From contig CALCDS010000132.1 in NCBI GenBank assembly GCA_937900065.1, positions 1-45,604 of the forward strand: a stretch of 45,604 nt of DNA, in the 5' to 3' direction. Positions 1 to 8,474 of this stretch are shown one piece after another. Every line of letters begins with the position of its first letter. The first letter of the stretch is position 1. Under the pieces are notes generated by a model. That model was not told where the DNA came from, searched no databases, and saw only the letters and a program-made list of their open reading frames with translations. Origin of the DNA: an uncultured Clostridiaceae bacterium (lineage in GTDB: Bacteria > Bacillota > Clostridia > Clostridiales > Oxobacteraceae). The position numbers and the translations under genes are program-made.

Positions 1-76
1 GCCCTGAAGGCAGGATGACTTGCGGCAAAGCAAGTGAGGTCCGCGAAAAATATAAAAATATTGTGTAGGTGATAAT

Positions 77-964
77 ATGATAGATAGAAAAGGCAGGAAT
101 ACAAAGGATAAAAGGCGACCTAAAAATAAAAGGGAGTATGGCAGCAAAGATTACCATAAGATAGGTTCGGCCGCAAAAAAAGAAGATAGGCAAAGAGATA
201 GGAAAGAAGACAATGCAGGGGAAGATATACTAAGGCTTGAAGGCAGGAATCCAGTAGTAGAAGCGCTTAGATCCGGAAGAACAATCGAGAAGATATTGAT
301 CGCAAAGGGAAGTCAGGAAGGCCCGATAAAATGGATTAAAGCTATGGCAAAGGATAAGGGCATAGTGGTAAATGAAGTCGAGAGGGTAAGGCTCGACAAT
401 ATATCAGAGACCCAAAGCCATCAAGGCGTTATTGCCATAGTATCCCCGTATAAGTATGTTGAAGTCGACGACATACTCGCATATGCGCAAGAGAAGGCTG
501 AGCAGCCTTTTATAGTGGTGCTTGATGAAATATATGACCCCCATAATTTAGGCTCGATACTCAGAACAGCTGAGGCCTGCGGAGTCCACGGTGTTATAAT
601 TTCCAAGAGGAGGGCTGTCGGGCTTACCCCTACAGTTGCAAAAGCTTCGGCAGGAGCGATAGAATACGTAAAAGTTGCAAAGGTGACCAATATAACGCAA
701 ACTTTGAAGTATCTTAAGGATAAGGGCATATGGGTTGCAGGAGCGGATATGGACGGCGAGAAATCCTATTTTGAGGAAGATATGACAGGCCCTATAGCGT
801 TGGTTATAGGCAGCGAGGGCAGCGGAATAGGGAAGCTTGTCAAGGAAAACTGTGATTTTCTCGTTAAGCTTCCCATGAAAGGTAAGATATCTTCATTGAA
901 TGCAAGTGTTGCAGGAGCGGTTATGATGTATGAGATATTAAGGCAAAGGATTCTTAAGGGATAG
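77..964 (+). CDS. rlmB: 23S rRNA (guanosine-2'-O)-methyltransferase RlmB (SpoU/TrmH family) with a Lys/Arg-rich N-terminal extension
   Basis: 295-aa ORF with an RlmB-like substrate-binding region (LEGRNPVVEAL) and SpoU methylase motifs (LDEIYDPHNLGSILRTAEA, GSEGSGI, SLNASVAGAVMMYE). Sits in the conserved rlmB-yacP-sigH order. Confidence 0.85.
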   Translation: MIDRKGRNTKDKRRPKNKREYGSKDYHKIGSAAKKEDRQRDRKEDNAGEDILRLEGRNPVVEALRSGRTIEKILIAKGSQEGPIKWIKAMAKDKGIVVNEVERVRLDNISETQSHQGVIAIVSPYKYVEVDDILAYAQEKAEQPFIVVLDEIYDPHNLGSILRTAEACGVHGVIISKRRAVGLTPTVAKASAGAIEYVKVAKVTNITQTLKYLKDKGIWVAGADMDGEKSYFEEDMTGPIALVIGSEGSGIGKLVKENCDFLVKLPMKGKISSLNASVAGAVMMYEILRQRILKG

Positions 965-965
965 G

Positions 966-1487
966 GTGGAACAAGTGACCAGGTGTTTAATTGTTGATGG
1001 ATACAATATAATAAATTCCTGGCCTGAGTTAAAGGCTCTTGGAAGAAGCAATCTGGAGCATTCAAGGGATAAGCTCCTACAGCTTCTTGAAGATTACAGA
1101 GCTTACAAAGGGACCAGAGTGATCGTTGTCTTTGACGCTCATATGGTAAAAGGCAGTATGGAGAAGCATGAAAGCTATTTTAGCATAGAGGTCGTGTTCA
1201 CTAAGGAAAACGAAACCGCGGATTCGTACATTGAAAGGCTTTCAGATGAGATGGGCAGGATGTATGACATAATTGTAGCTACCTCGGATTGGCTTGAGCA
1301 GCAGGTCGTGCTTGGCAGGGGCGCTGCAAGGATATCGGCAAGGGAGCTTCATTATGAGGTGATGAAAGCTAAAAAGGCCATGAATGATAAATATAAGCTT
1401 CGAAAGTCTGTTGAAAAGCATACTATAGAAAACCGAATAAATGAAGATATTTATAAAAAACTTGATAAAATCCGGCGCAAGCATTGA
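966..1487 (+). CDS. yacP: NYN/PIN-like ribonuclease YacP (Rae1 family)
   Basis: 173-aa ORF; LIVDGYNIIN...VVFDA...TSD pattern typical of YacP. GTG start 1 nt after the rlmB stop; conserved position before sigH. The exact start (966 or the GTG at 975) is uncertain. Confidence 0.8.
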   Translation: MEQVTRCLIVDGYNIINSWPELKALGRSNLEHSRDKLLQLLEDYRAYKGTRVIVVFDAHMVKGSMEKHESYFSIEVVFTKENETADSYIERLSDEMGRMYDIIVATSDWLEQQVVLGRGAARISARELHYEVMKAKKAMNDKYKLRKSVEKHTIENRINEDIYKKLDKIRRKH

Positions 1488-1493
1488 TTTTAC

Positions 1494-1523
1494 TTGACTT
1501 TAAATTTGTTATTAATGTATAAT
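1494..1523 (+). promoter_or_regulatory. candidate sigmaA-type promoter for sigH
   Basis: TTGACT (1494-1499), 18-nt spacer, TATAAT (1518-1523), about 45 nt upstream of the proposed sigH start. Confidence 0.4.
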
Positions 1524-1568
1524 TATCATGTGAAACTGGACTCATTACTATACTTGGAGGCGTCGCTT

Positions 1569-2219
1569 TTGAAAAATTATGTCAAAGTTGAGGATTGCCA
1601 TCAAAGTAAATATGACGATATGCTAGATGAGGAAATAGTTCATTTAGCAAAAAACGGAGATATAAAGGCACAAGAATTTATTATAAACAAGTATAAAAAC
1701 TTTGTAAGGGCAAAAGCGCGTTCCTACTTTCTAATAGGAGCAGATAGAGAAGACATAATTCAGGAGGGCATGATAGGGCTTTATAAGGCAATAAGAGATT
1801 TCAAACAGGATAAGCTTTCTTCATTTAGGGCTTTTGCAGAGCTCTGCATAACAAGGCAGATAATTACGGCAATTAAGACTGCTACCCGACAGAAGCATAT
1901 ACCTTTGAATTCATATATATCGTTGAACAAGCCTATTTATGATGAAGAGTCGGATAGGACGCTTCTCGATGTGCTCTCCGGCGCAAGGGTGTCAGACCCT
2001 GAAGAGTTGGTTATAAGCAGGGAAGAGCTGGTGAGCATCGAGTCAAAGATAGGCGAAGTGCTAAGCGGACTTGAGTGGGAGGTTTTGAAGTCATATTTGG
2101 ATGGCAAATCATATCAAGAAATTGCTTGTGATTTGGACAGGCATGCTAAATCTATAGATAATGCCCTCCAGAGAGTCAAGAGGAAACTGGAGAAATATTT
2201 AAGAACCAAGGATGTATAA
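1569..2219 (+). CDS. sigH: RNA polymerase sporulation/stationary-phase sigma factor SigH
   Basis: Strong similarity to the SigH core (YKNFVRAKARSYFLIGADREDIIQEGMIGLYKAIRDF, CITRQIITAIKTATRQKHIPLNSY, SIDNALQRVKRKLEKYL). The ORF-track start 1494 lies inside the promoter. TTG at 1569 sits 8 nt after GGAGG (1556-1560) and gives 216 aa. Confidence 0.85.
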   Translation: MKNYVKVEDCHQSKYDDMLDEEIVHLAKNGDIKAQEFIINKYKNFVRAKARSYFLIGADREDIIQEGMIGLYKAIRDFKQDKLSSFRAFAELCITRQIITAIKTATRQKHIPLNSYISLNKPIYDEESDRTLLDVLSGARVSDPEELVISREELVSIESKIGEVLSGLEWEVLKSYLDGKSYQEIACDLDRHAKSIDNALQRVKRKLEKYLRTKDV

Positions 2220-2224
2220 TCTAC

Positions 2225-2253
2225 TTGACACTCAAATTAAACGATAGTAAAAT
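2225..2253 (+). promoter_or_regulatory. candidate sigmaA promoter for the tRNA-Gly/tRNA-Thr(-tuf) transcript
   Basis: TTGACA (2225-2230), 17-nt spacer, TAAAAT (2248-2253), about 20 nt before tRNA-Gly. Confidence 0.45.
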
Positions 2254-2274
2254 AGTATAACGTAGTACGAAAAT

Positions 2275-2348
2275 GCGGGCATGGCTCAATGGTAGAGTTC
2301 CGGCTTCCCAAGCCGGCGGTGCGGGTTCGATTCCCGTTGCCCGCTCCA
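2275..2348 (+). tRNA. tRNA-Gly (anticodon CCC)
   Basis: Hand-folded cloverleaf: acceptor gcgggca/tgcccgc, anticodon stem ccggc/gccgg with loop ttCCCaa, T arm gcggg-ttcgatt-cccgt, encoded CCA; 74 nt. Confidence 0.9.
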
Positions 2349-2354
2349 TGATGC

Positions 2355-2430
<76 letters not shown>

Positions 2431-2601
2431 AAATTACATATTGCATTCATGGGTAATACGTTAAAGAGACCTGCTCTGTATGCTTTTATTTGATGCTTTT
2501 TCAATGCAATCGCTGTATAAAATTTTTTATAATGCTAAATTGTTCATGCTTGAAGTATGGATGTTATGTTTATAATAACAAAACACCAGGTTGAGTTTAT
2601 T

Positions 2602-2652
2602 GTGAAGCGAAGCGGATCATCAAGACAAACGACCTTGATGTTTTGCTGAAGG
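2602..2652 (+). repeat. intergenic repeat family A, copy 1
   Basis: gtgaagcgaagcggatcatcaagacaaacgaccttgatgttttgctgaagg. Aligns with 6806-6854 and 36630-36681 (shared AAGC.AAGC..AT.TCAAGACAAA...TT.ATGTTTTGC.G.AG). Confidence 0.6.
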
Positions 2653-2815
2653 AATTGAACTATTAGTTTGTTATATAATTTAATTTTAAATAAAAGATGT
2701 GCACTACGATACATTGGGGACGATTTTTACCGTGGAGAGAAATTGTCCTCTAACACATGCTAGAGTTTCTTACTTAATCCCCAAAGTAGTAAGTGTCTTC
2801 TAACAATTTATATGA

Positions 2816-4100
2816 GGAGGAAAAAAATATGGCAAAGGCTAAATATGAAAGGACAAAACCCCATGTAAACATTGGGACAATAGGACATGTCGATCACGGT
2901 AAGACAACATTGACGGCTGCTATAACATATGTTCTTGCAAAAGCAGGTAAAGCTCAAGCTACGGAATATGATGAAATCGATAAAGCGCCTGAAGAGAAAG
3001 CAAGAGGAATAACAATAAACACAGCGCATGTTGAGTATGAGACAGATAAAAGACACTATGCTCATGTTGACTGCCCGGGACATGCGGACTATGTAAAGAA
3101 CATGATAACAGGAGCAGCACAGATGGATGGAGCAATACTTGTTGTTTCAGCAGCAGACGGCCCCATGCCTCAGACAAGGGAGCACATACTGCTGGCAAGG
3201 CAGGTAGGAGTTCCGTATATCATAGTATATCTTAATAAAGTTGATATGGTTGACGATCCCGAACTGATAGAATTAGTAGAGATGGAAGTAAGGGAGCTTC
3301 TAAATGAATATGGATTTCCAGGAGACGACACGCCAATAATAGTAGGGTCAGCACTAAAGGCACTGGAGAATCCTGATGATCCTAAATGGACGAAATCGAT
3401 ATATGAGCTATTGGATGCAATAGACACATATATACCCACACCAAAGAGAGCAACTGATAAACCGTTCCTGATGCCAGTAGAAGATGTGTTTACAATAACA
3501 GGACGTGGTACGGTTGCAACAGGAAGAGTTGAAAGAGGCACACTGAAGATAGGCGACGAAGTTGAGATAGTCGGCTTGACACAGGAGAAGAAAAAGACAG
3601 TTGTAACCGGAGTTGAGATGTTCAGGAAGACGCTTGACTATGCAGAAGCCGGAGACAATATCGGAGCACTGTTAAGGGGCATACAGAGGGATGAAGTTGA
3701 AAGAGGACAGGTACTTTGCAAACCGAATTCAATACATCCGCATATGCACTTTAAAGGGCAGGTATATGTGCTGAAGAAAGAAGAAGGTGGAAGGCATACA
3801 CCGTTCTTCAATGGTTACAGGCCGCAGTTTTATTTCAGGACAACAGATGTAACGGGGACTATAAAACTACCTGAAGGCGAAGAGATGGTAATGCCTGGAG
3901 ACAACACGAACATGGAAGTTGAGCTCATATCACCGATAGCAATGGAAGAAGGATTAAGGTTTGCTATTCGTGAAGGCGGGCATACTGTTGGATCAGGAGT
4001 TGTTTCAGAGATAATTGACAAATAGAGAGAAACTTTAATTCATAAGCATTACAAAAACATACTGCAAGAGAAGAGGATTGCCCTCTTCTCTTGCAGTATG
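2816..4100 (+). repeat. 1285-bp exact duplication, copy 1 (tuf with its RBS and 3' hairpin)
   Basis: By eye, identical base for base to 19701-20985 (constant offset 16885). The shadow ORFs in the track are also identical in both copies. Confidence 0.9.
2829..4025 (+). CDS. tuf: translation elongation factor Tu, copy 1
   Basis: 398 aa starting [28 protein letters not shown]; G1-G4 motifs present. The ORF-track start 2793 was trimmed to the ATG 8 nt after GGAGG. Confidence 0.97.
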   Translation: MAKAKYERTKPHVNIGTIGHVDHGKTTLTAAITYVLAKAGKAQATEYDEIDKAPEEKARGITINTAHVEYETDKRHYAHVDCPGHADYVKNMITGAAQMDGAILVVSAADGPMPQTREHILLARQVGVPYIIVYLNKVDMVDDPELIELVEMEVRELLNEYGFPGDDTPIIVGSALKALENPDDPKWTKSIYELLDAIDTYIPTPKRATDKPFLMPVEDVFTITGRGTVATGRVERGTLKIGDEVEIVGLTQEKKKTVVTGVEMFRKTLDYAEAGDNIGALLRGIQRDEVERGQVLCKPNSIHPHMHFKGQVYVLKKEEGGRHTPFFNGYRPQFYFRTTDVTGTIKLPEGEEMVMPGDNTNMEVELISPIAMEEGLRFAIREGGHTVGSGVVSEIIDK

Positions 4101-4106
4101 TTTTGG
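4058..4106 (+). terminator. intrinsic terminator after tuf copy 1
   Basis: Perfect 19-bp stem catactgcaagagaagagg/cctcttctcttgcagtatg with a 5-nt loop, followed by TTTT. Confidence 0.8.
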
Positions 4107-4124
4107 CCTTGTTGAAGTTGTATG

Positions 4125-4153
4125 TTGATTTTTTAAATCTTTTCGGTTAAAAT
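4125..4153 (+). promoter_or_regulatory. candidate sigmaA promoter for rpmG-secE-nusG
   Basis: TTGATT (4125-4130), 17-nt spacer, TAAAAT (4148-4153). Confidence 0.4.
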
Positions 4154-4271
4154 AATGTAGTATCGACTTGTAGCAAAACTTAGAAATGAATCGTATTTGT
4201 GATACAGACAATTTTATTATATTGTATAAAATATTAATTGATGGATAGACAATATTTAGGAGGTGTTGGCG

Positions 4272-4421
4272 GTGAGAGTTAAGGTTACTTTAGCTTGTAC
4301 GGAATGCAAACAGAGAAATTATAATACTATGAAAAATAAAAAGAATGATCCTGATAGACTGGAAATGAAAAAATACTGCAGGTTCTGCAGGAAGCATACA
4401 CTCCATAGGGAGACAAAGTAA
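4272..4421 (+). CDS. rpmG: 50S ribosomal protein L33 (zinc-ribbon form)
   Basis: Not in the ORF track (49 aa). GTG start 8 nt after AGGAGG. Translates to [49 protein letters not shown], with CxxC...CxxC. Canonical position before secE. Confidence 0.9.
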   Translation: MRVKVTLACTECKQRNYNTMKNKKNDPDRLEMKKYCRFCRKHTLHRETK

Positions 4422-4512
4422 GCCATGATTATCGGGGATGCACTTTAATTATAGATGCGGATATATTGTGTATTTCCTTTCATCTAAATATTGTTTAAGG
4501 ATGTGAATTGAA

Positions 4513-4776
4513 ATGGCTTTACAAGCAAACGCTAATTCTGGAAATAGTTCAAAATGGGCGAGATACGCAAATCCAGTTAATTGGTTTAAGAAGATATGGG
4601 GCTTTATAATAGACAGCAAAAATGAAATGAAGAAGATAACATGGCCTGAAAAGTCAAAAGTATATAGGTCTACAGGTGTTGTTATAGCTTCAGTCGTATT
4701 GATTGCACTGTTTATTTGGTTCGTTGATTCGCTTTTTAATAGGGGCTTGGGTTACTTCCTGCAATTAGTAAAATAA
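4513..4776 (+). CDS. secE: preprotein translocase subunit SecE
   Basis: 87-aa ORF with a single C-terminal TM helix (VVIASVVLIALFIWFVDSLF) and the KITWP motif, between rpmG and nusG. Confidence 0.85.
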   Translation: MALQANANSGNSSKWARYANPVNWFKKIWGFIIDSKNEMKKITWPEKSKVYRSTGVVIASVVLIALFIWFVDSLFNRGLGYFLQLVK

Positions 4777-4810
4777 GAAGGAGGTAGGGGCGCGTTTAGT
4801 CCTTCATAAT

Positions 4811-5332
4811 ATGGCGGATAATTTAAAATGGTATGTAGTTCATACTTATTCAGGTTATGAAAATAAAGTAAAAGCAAATTTAGAGAAAACTGTTGAGAAC
4901 AGAAGTCTTCAAAACTTAATACTGGACGTGCAAGTACCTATGGAGGATACTGTTGAGATGAAGAACGGCAAGAAGAAAGTCGTTCAGAGAAAAACATATC
5001 CCGGCTATGTGCTTGTCAAAATGTTGATGAATGATGACTCTTGGTATGTTGTAAGAAACACAAGAGGAGTGACAGGGTTTGTCGGGCCGGGTTCAAAACC
5101 AGTACCTTTAACAGATGCTGAAGTGCGTTCAATGGGAATTACTCAACCGCTAACAACAGTAGATATATCGGTAGGAGAAAATGTCAAGGTTGTTTCAGGT
5201 CCGTTTGAAAATTTTGTTGCCTCAGTACAGGAAATCAATTATGATAAAAAGAAGATAAAAGCTTTTGTAAATATGTTCGGTCGTGATACTCTTGTAGAGT
5301 TTGATTTTGAGCAGATACAGAAATTTGAGTAA
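4811..5332 (+). CDS. nusG: transcription termination/antitermination factor NusG
   Basis: 173 aa; WYVVHTYSGYENKV NGN domain and a C-terminal KOW domain (GENVKVVSGPFENF). Confidence 0.95.
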   Translation: MADNLKWYVVHTYSGYENKVKANLEKTVENRSLQNLILDVQVPMEDTVEMKNGKKKVVQRKTYPGYVLVKMLMNDDSWYVVRNTRGVTGFVGPGSKPVPLTDAEVRSMGITQPLTTVDISVGENVKVVSGPFENFVASVQEINYDKKKIKAFVNMFGRDTLVEFDFEQIQKFE

Positions 5333-5422
5333 GTTTTCTTGAAGGGTATTTATTGTCGGGGAGCATGCGAAAGATGATTTATTTTATGACGTATGCATGT
5401 TTACTGCTGTTTAAACCCTTTT

Positions 5423-5453
5423 AAGTGGGAGGGTTAAAAACCCGCCAAACCAC
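5423..5453 (+). promoter_or_regulatory. candidate L1-binding mRNA motif upstream of rplK
   Basis: aaGTGGGAGGgttaaaaacccgccaaaCCAC: a GTGG/CCAC helix enclosing GGGAG. Nearly the same motif recurs at 5909-5938 before rplA. Confidence 0.4.
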
Positions 5454-5475
5454 ATTTTTAAGGAGGTGTAAGTTC

Positions 5476-5901
5476 ATGGCTAAGAAAGTAGTAGGAATAG
5501 TAAAACTTCAGATTCCTGCTGGGAAAGCAACACCAGCACCACCAGTTGGTCCAGCACTTGGACAGCATGGTGTAAACATTATGGGGTTCTGCAAAGAATT
5601 CAATGCAAAAACTGCTAAACAGGCCGGCTTGATAATACCTGTTGTAATTACGATTTATGCAGACAGATCCTTTAGTTTTATACTCAAAACTCCTCCAGCA
5701 GCTGTCTTGATAAAGAAAGCTTGCAATATCGAGAGCGGCTCTGGTGCGCCAAATAAAACAAAGGTGGCCAAACTCTCAAAAGCAAAATTAAAAGAGATCG
5801 CAGAGCTTAAAATGCCTGATTTAAATGCTGCAACAGTTGAAGCCGCAATGAGCATGGTAGCTGGAACAGCAAGAAGCATGGGCGTTGAAATAGCAGAGTA
5901 A
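5476..5901 (+). CDS. rplK: 50S ribosomal protein L11
   Basis: 141 aa starting [38 protein letters not shown]-track start 5425 trimmed to the ATG after AGGAGG. Confidence 0.96.
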   Translation: MAKKVVGIVKLQIPAGKATPAPPVGPALGQHGVNIMGFCKEFNAKTAKQAGLIIPVVITIYADRSFSFILKTPPAAVLIKKACNIESGSGAPNKTKVAKLSKAKLKEIAELKMPDLNAATVEAAMSMVAGTARSMGVEIAE

Positions 5902-5908
5902 AAGCATT

Positions 5909-5938
5909 GGAGTGGGAGGCTAAAACCGATATTACCAC
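5909..5938 (+). promoter_or_regulatory. candidate L1-binding mRNA motif upstream of rplA
   Basis: ggaGTGGGAGGctaaaaccgatattaCCAC, directly followed by the rplA RBS. Confidence 0.4.
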
Positions 5939-5952
5939 AAGGAGGGGAAAGC

Positions 5953-6648
5953 ATGAAAAGAGGAAAAAATTATATAGATAGCGAAAAACTCATAGATAAG
6001 GGTACGCTATATTCACCACAGGAAGCAGTTGATTTAGTCGTAAAGACTTCTAAAGCAAAATTTGATGAAACAGTTGAACTGGCAGTAAGGCTTGGAGTAG
6101 ATCCAAGACATGCCGATCAGCAGGTCAGAGGGACTGTAGTTCTTCCCCATGGAACAGGAAAAACCGTTAAGGTTCTTGTGTTTGCAAAGGGTGAAAAAGC
6201 CAAGGAAGCTGAAGCGGCGGGCGCAGATTATGTTGGCGCCGAAGAATTAATGCAAAAAATACAAAAAGAGAACTGGTTTGACTATGATGTGGTTGTCGCA
6301 ACACCTGATATGATGGGTGTTGTAGGAAGATTGGGAAGGTTGCTTGGGCCTAAAGGACTTATGCCGAATCCTAAATCAGGCACTGTAACTTTTGACGTAG
6401 CAAAAGCTCTTTCCGAGATTAAAGCTGGTAAAGTTGAATATAGAGTAGATAAAACAAGCATTATACATGTACCTATAGGAAAGAAATCCTTTGGTGCTGA
6501 AAAACTCCATGAAAACTTTAAAGCATTGATGGACGCTATTGTGAAAGCTAGACCAGCTTCAGCAAAAGGACAGTATATGAAGAGCGTTGTTTTGTCAAGC
6601 ACGATGGGGCCTGGAATCAAGGTTAATCCTGCAAGAGTGCTTGAATAG
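5953..6648 (+). CDS. rplA: 50S ribosomal protein L1
   Basis: 231 aa; typical L1 sequence ([34 protein letters not shown]). Confidence 0.96.
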   Translation: MKRGKNYIDSEKLIDKGTLYSPQEAVDLVVKTSKAKFDETVELAVRLGVDPRHADQQVRGTVVLPHGTGKTVKVLVFAKGEKAKEAEAAGADYVGAEELMQKIQKENWFDYDVVVATPDMMGVVGRLGRLLGPKGLMPNPKSGTVTFDVAKALSEIKAGKVEYRVDKTSIIHVPIGKKSFGAEKLHENFKALMDAIVKARPASAKGQYMKSVVLSSTMGPGIKVNPARVLE

Positions 6649-6654
6649 ATCCGG

Positions 6655-6805
6655 AACTTGCAGATATGATTATAAAATCACATAATTGATTGACTGTAGA
6701 CAGCAGGTGTATGATATTTTTTAATGTCATATTTAAATTTTGCCTGCCGAGGTTAGGTTTAAGTGGAATAAAAAACCTCTCTATTGCTACAGAGAGGTTT
6801 TTATT
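6655..6805 (+). promoter_or_regulatory. L10 (rplJ) leader with attenuator terminator
   Basis: 236-nt rplA-rplJ spacer. Stem aacctctct/agagaggtt (6774-6799) followed by TTTTTATT. Position and architecture match the Firmicute L10-leader attenuator. Confidence 0.5.
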
Positions 6806-6854
6806 ATGCAGCGAAGCGAATATCAAGACAAATTACATTGGTGTTTTGCCGCAG
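6806..6854 (+). repeat. intergenic repeat family A, copy 2
   Basis: atgcagcgaagcgaatatcaagacaaattacattggtgttttgccgcag, starting immediately after the L10-leader terminator. Confidence 0.55.
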
Positions 6855-6884
6855 TTAGCATATGTTTAAGGAGGTGGACATTAA

Positions 6885-7379
6885 TTGAGCATCAAAGAAG
6901 AAAAAGCAGCAAAAGTTCAGGAAATAAAAGAGAAGATCGATAAGGCCAAGGCAGTTATACTTGCAAATTATACTGGCGTTACGGTTGAAGAGGATACTGA
7001 ACTCAGACGTAAATTCAGGGAAGCGGATGTTGAATATAAAGTCTATAAAAACACTTTAACATCAATCGCCGCAAAGCAGTCAGGTATAGAAGGTTTGGAT
7101 GAATACCTGTCAGGCCCTACATCATTTGCATTTGGATATGATGACCCTACAGCTCCTGCAAGAATCTTAGCGAATTTCGCAAAAGAGCACAAAAAGCTTG
7201 ATCTAAAATGCGGGATGATACAGGGAAAACTACTGGACACTGACAAAATAAAGGAATTTGCATCGATACCTCCAAGGGAAGTACTGATTGCAAAATTATT
7301 GGGAAGTTTGAAGTCTCCATTATCAAAATTTGCTTACCTTGTCAATGCGGTAAAGGAGAAAAAAGAGCAAGAAGCATAA
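6885..7379 (+). CDS. rplJ: 50S ribosomal protein L10
   Basis: 164 aa; TTG start 7 nt after AGGAGGTGG; L10-like sequence, upstream of rplL. Confidence 0.93.
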   Translation: MSIKEEKAAKVQEIKEKIDKAKAVILANYTGVTVEEDTELRRKFREADVEYKVYKNTLTSIAAKQSGIEGLDEYLSGPTSFAFGYDDPTAPARILANFAKEHKKLDLKCGMIQGKLLDTDKIKEFASIPPREVLIAKLLGSLKSPLSKFAYLVNAVKEKKEQEA

Positions 7380-7412
7380 AAATTTTAATGAAAAATTTCG
7401 GAGGTGTATAAA

Positions 7413-7775
7413 ATGACGGCACAAGAAATAATTGATGCTATAAAAGGTATGAGCGTTTTAGAGTTAAATGAATTAGTAAAAGCTGCGGAAAAAGAATTCG
7501 GAGTAAGTGCGGCAGCACCAGTGGCAGCGGCACCAGGAGCGGCAGCGGCACCGGCAGAGGAGAAAACAGAATTTGATGTTGTACTTTCTGAAATAGGCCA
7601 GGCAAAGATAAAGGTTATAAAGGTTGTAAGAGAGATAACCGGACTTGGCTTAAAAGATGCAAAGGACCTTGTAGATGCGGCTCCAAAGGCTGTTAAGGAA
7701 GGCGTTTCAAAGGAAGAAGCAGAACAAATAAAGACAAAACTTACAGAAGTAGGAGCAGCTGTAGAAATAAAATAA
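7413..7775 (+). CDS. rplL: 50S ribosomal protein L7/L12
   Basis: 120 aa from the ATG 8 nt after GGAGG. Ala-rich hinge ([18 protein letters not shown]) and conserved C-terminal domain ([22 protein letters not shown]). Confidence 0.96.
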   Translation: MTAQEIIDAIKGMSVLELNELVKAAEKEFGVSAAAPVAAAPGAAAAPAEEKTEFDVVLSEIGQAKIKVIKVVREITGLGLKDAKDLVDAAPKAVKEGVSKEEAEQIKTKLTEVGAAVEIK

Positions 7776-7819
7776 TCAACAAAATATCAAGGCGTGTGCT
7801 ATATGCGCATCTTTTTATC

Positions 7820-7860
7820 AAATTACGGCATTACAAAAATGTAATGCCGTAATTTGATTT
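7820..7860. terminator. intrinsic terminator after rplL (symmetrical A/T flanks)
   Basis: Perfect 15-bp stem aaattacggcattac/gtaatgccgtaattt with a 6-nt loop; T-rich 3' flank. Confidence 0.7.
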
Positions 7861-7902
7861 ATAAGGTACATGCAACTTGCAATTTCACCAAGAACTTAAA
7901 AA

Positions 7903-7975
7903 GTGTGAACAGGTGAACAAGGATGCTCAAAAAATCAACATATTTGTTTAGCATAATCTTAAACAAAATATGGTA
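7903..7975 (+). repeat. intergenic repeat family B, copy 1
   Basis: gtgtgaacaggtgaacaaGGATGCTCAAAAAATCAACATATTTGTTTAGC..., sharing the core with 19588-19643 and 42250-42300. Confidence 0.6.
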
Positions 7976-8029
7976 GACTTTTTTATTATATATTTATTTT
8001 AAATTTTAGGTCTTATTATAATTTTTTTA

Positions 8030-8058
8030 TTGACACATCTATTGCAATATGTTACTAT
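8030..8058 (+). promoter_or_regulatory. candidate sigmaA promoter for rpoBC
   Basis: TTGACA (8030-8035), 17-nt spacer, TACTAT (8053-8058), preceded by a long A/T tract (UP-element-like). Confidence 0.35.
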
Positions 8059-8352
8059 TACTAATTGCATTGATAATTAAGATATCATACAAAATAGGGT
8101 TTTTTACTCTTTTATAGAAAACATTATTGAATATTTTTTTTAATTATTGGAAACATTATATAGATAATGCCAATTATTAACCTTTTCTACCATTATGGCA
8201 AGAGCGTTTCAAAAATCAAAATATCGGAAAGGCTTTTGCTGAAAAGATGCTGAATTCAATGATATATATTTTTAAGCGTGAAATGATGCATCTCTATAAT
8301 CCGTCGACCTTATAATTGTAGATTGGCGTATTATCATATTATAAAGTTAGCG

Positions 8353-8405
8353 GATTTCATGGATTGTTTTTGCAATTCTTGCTCTTAAAGTTGACAATCC
8401 ATATA
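8353..8405. repeat. conserved-arm hairpin element C, copy 1
   Basis: GATTTCATGGATTGT-N25-GACAATCCATATA. The arms pair (atggattgt/acaatccat). The same arms occur in reverse orientation at 42305-42355. Confidence 0.65.
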
Positions 8406-8474
8406 AGCTTTTAGAAAAGGTATTTTAAGTATTTTATGCTTTGGGAATCTATGTTTTATAAGGGGTGAAGATTA

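Noticed and set aside
1-76. Possible 3' end of an upstream gene (mini-RNase III or similar is expected before rlmB)
   Set aside because: At most 5-22 codons are open in any frame before a stop, which is too little sequence to identify.
2602-2652. Idea that repeat families A and B encode micro-peptides (A1 VKRSGSSRQTTLMFC, A2 MQRSEYQDKLHWCF..., B1 MLKKSTYLFS..., B2 MLKINTFVKQDFN)
   Set aside because: Indels shift the frame between copies. A3 stops after 4 codons. B3 has ATA instead of ATG. None has a properly spaced Shine-Dalgarno sequence.
2793-2828. ORF-track N-terminal extensions (tuf1 2793, rplK 5425, rplL 7404, fusA 17472, rpmC 25920, rplX 26723, rpsN 27734, rpsE 29299, rpmD 29854, rplO 30055, KOW 32818, rpsD 34520, truA 39369, cwlD 41393, Pro-rich 45066, sigH 1494)
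   Set aside because: The extensions start at alternative codons without an SD, often inside the preceding gene or a promoter, and add non-homologous residues. In each case an internal start with a GGAGG-type RBS at 5-9 nt reproduces the canonical N-terminus.
6740-6943. 67-aa + strand ORF spanning the L10 leader and the rplJ start
   Set aside because: It runs through the attenuator hairpin and repeat A2 and is out of frame with rplJ. It has no RBS, and the equivalent frames of the other repeat-A copies are not conserved.
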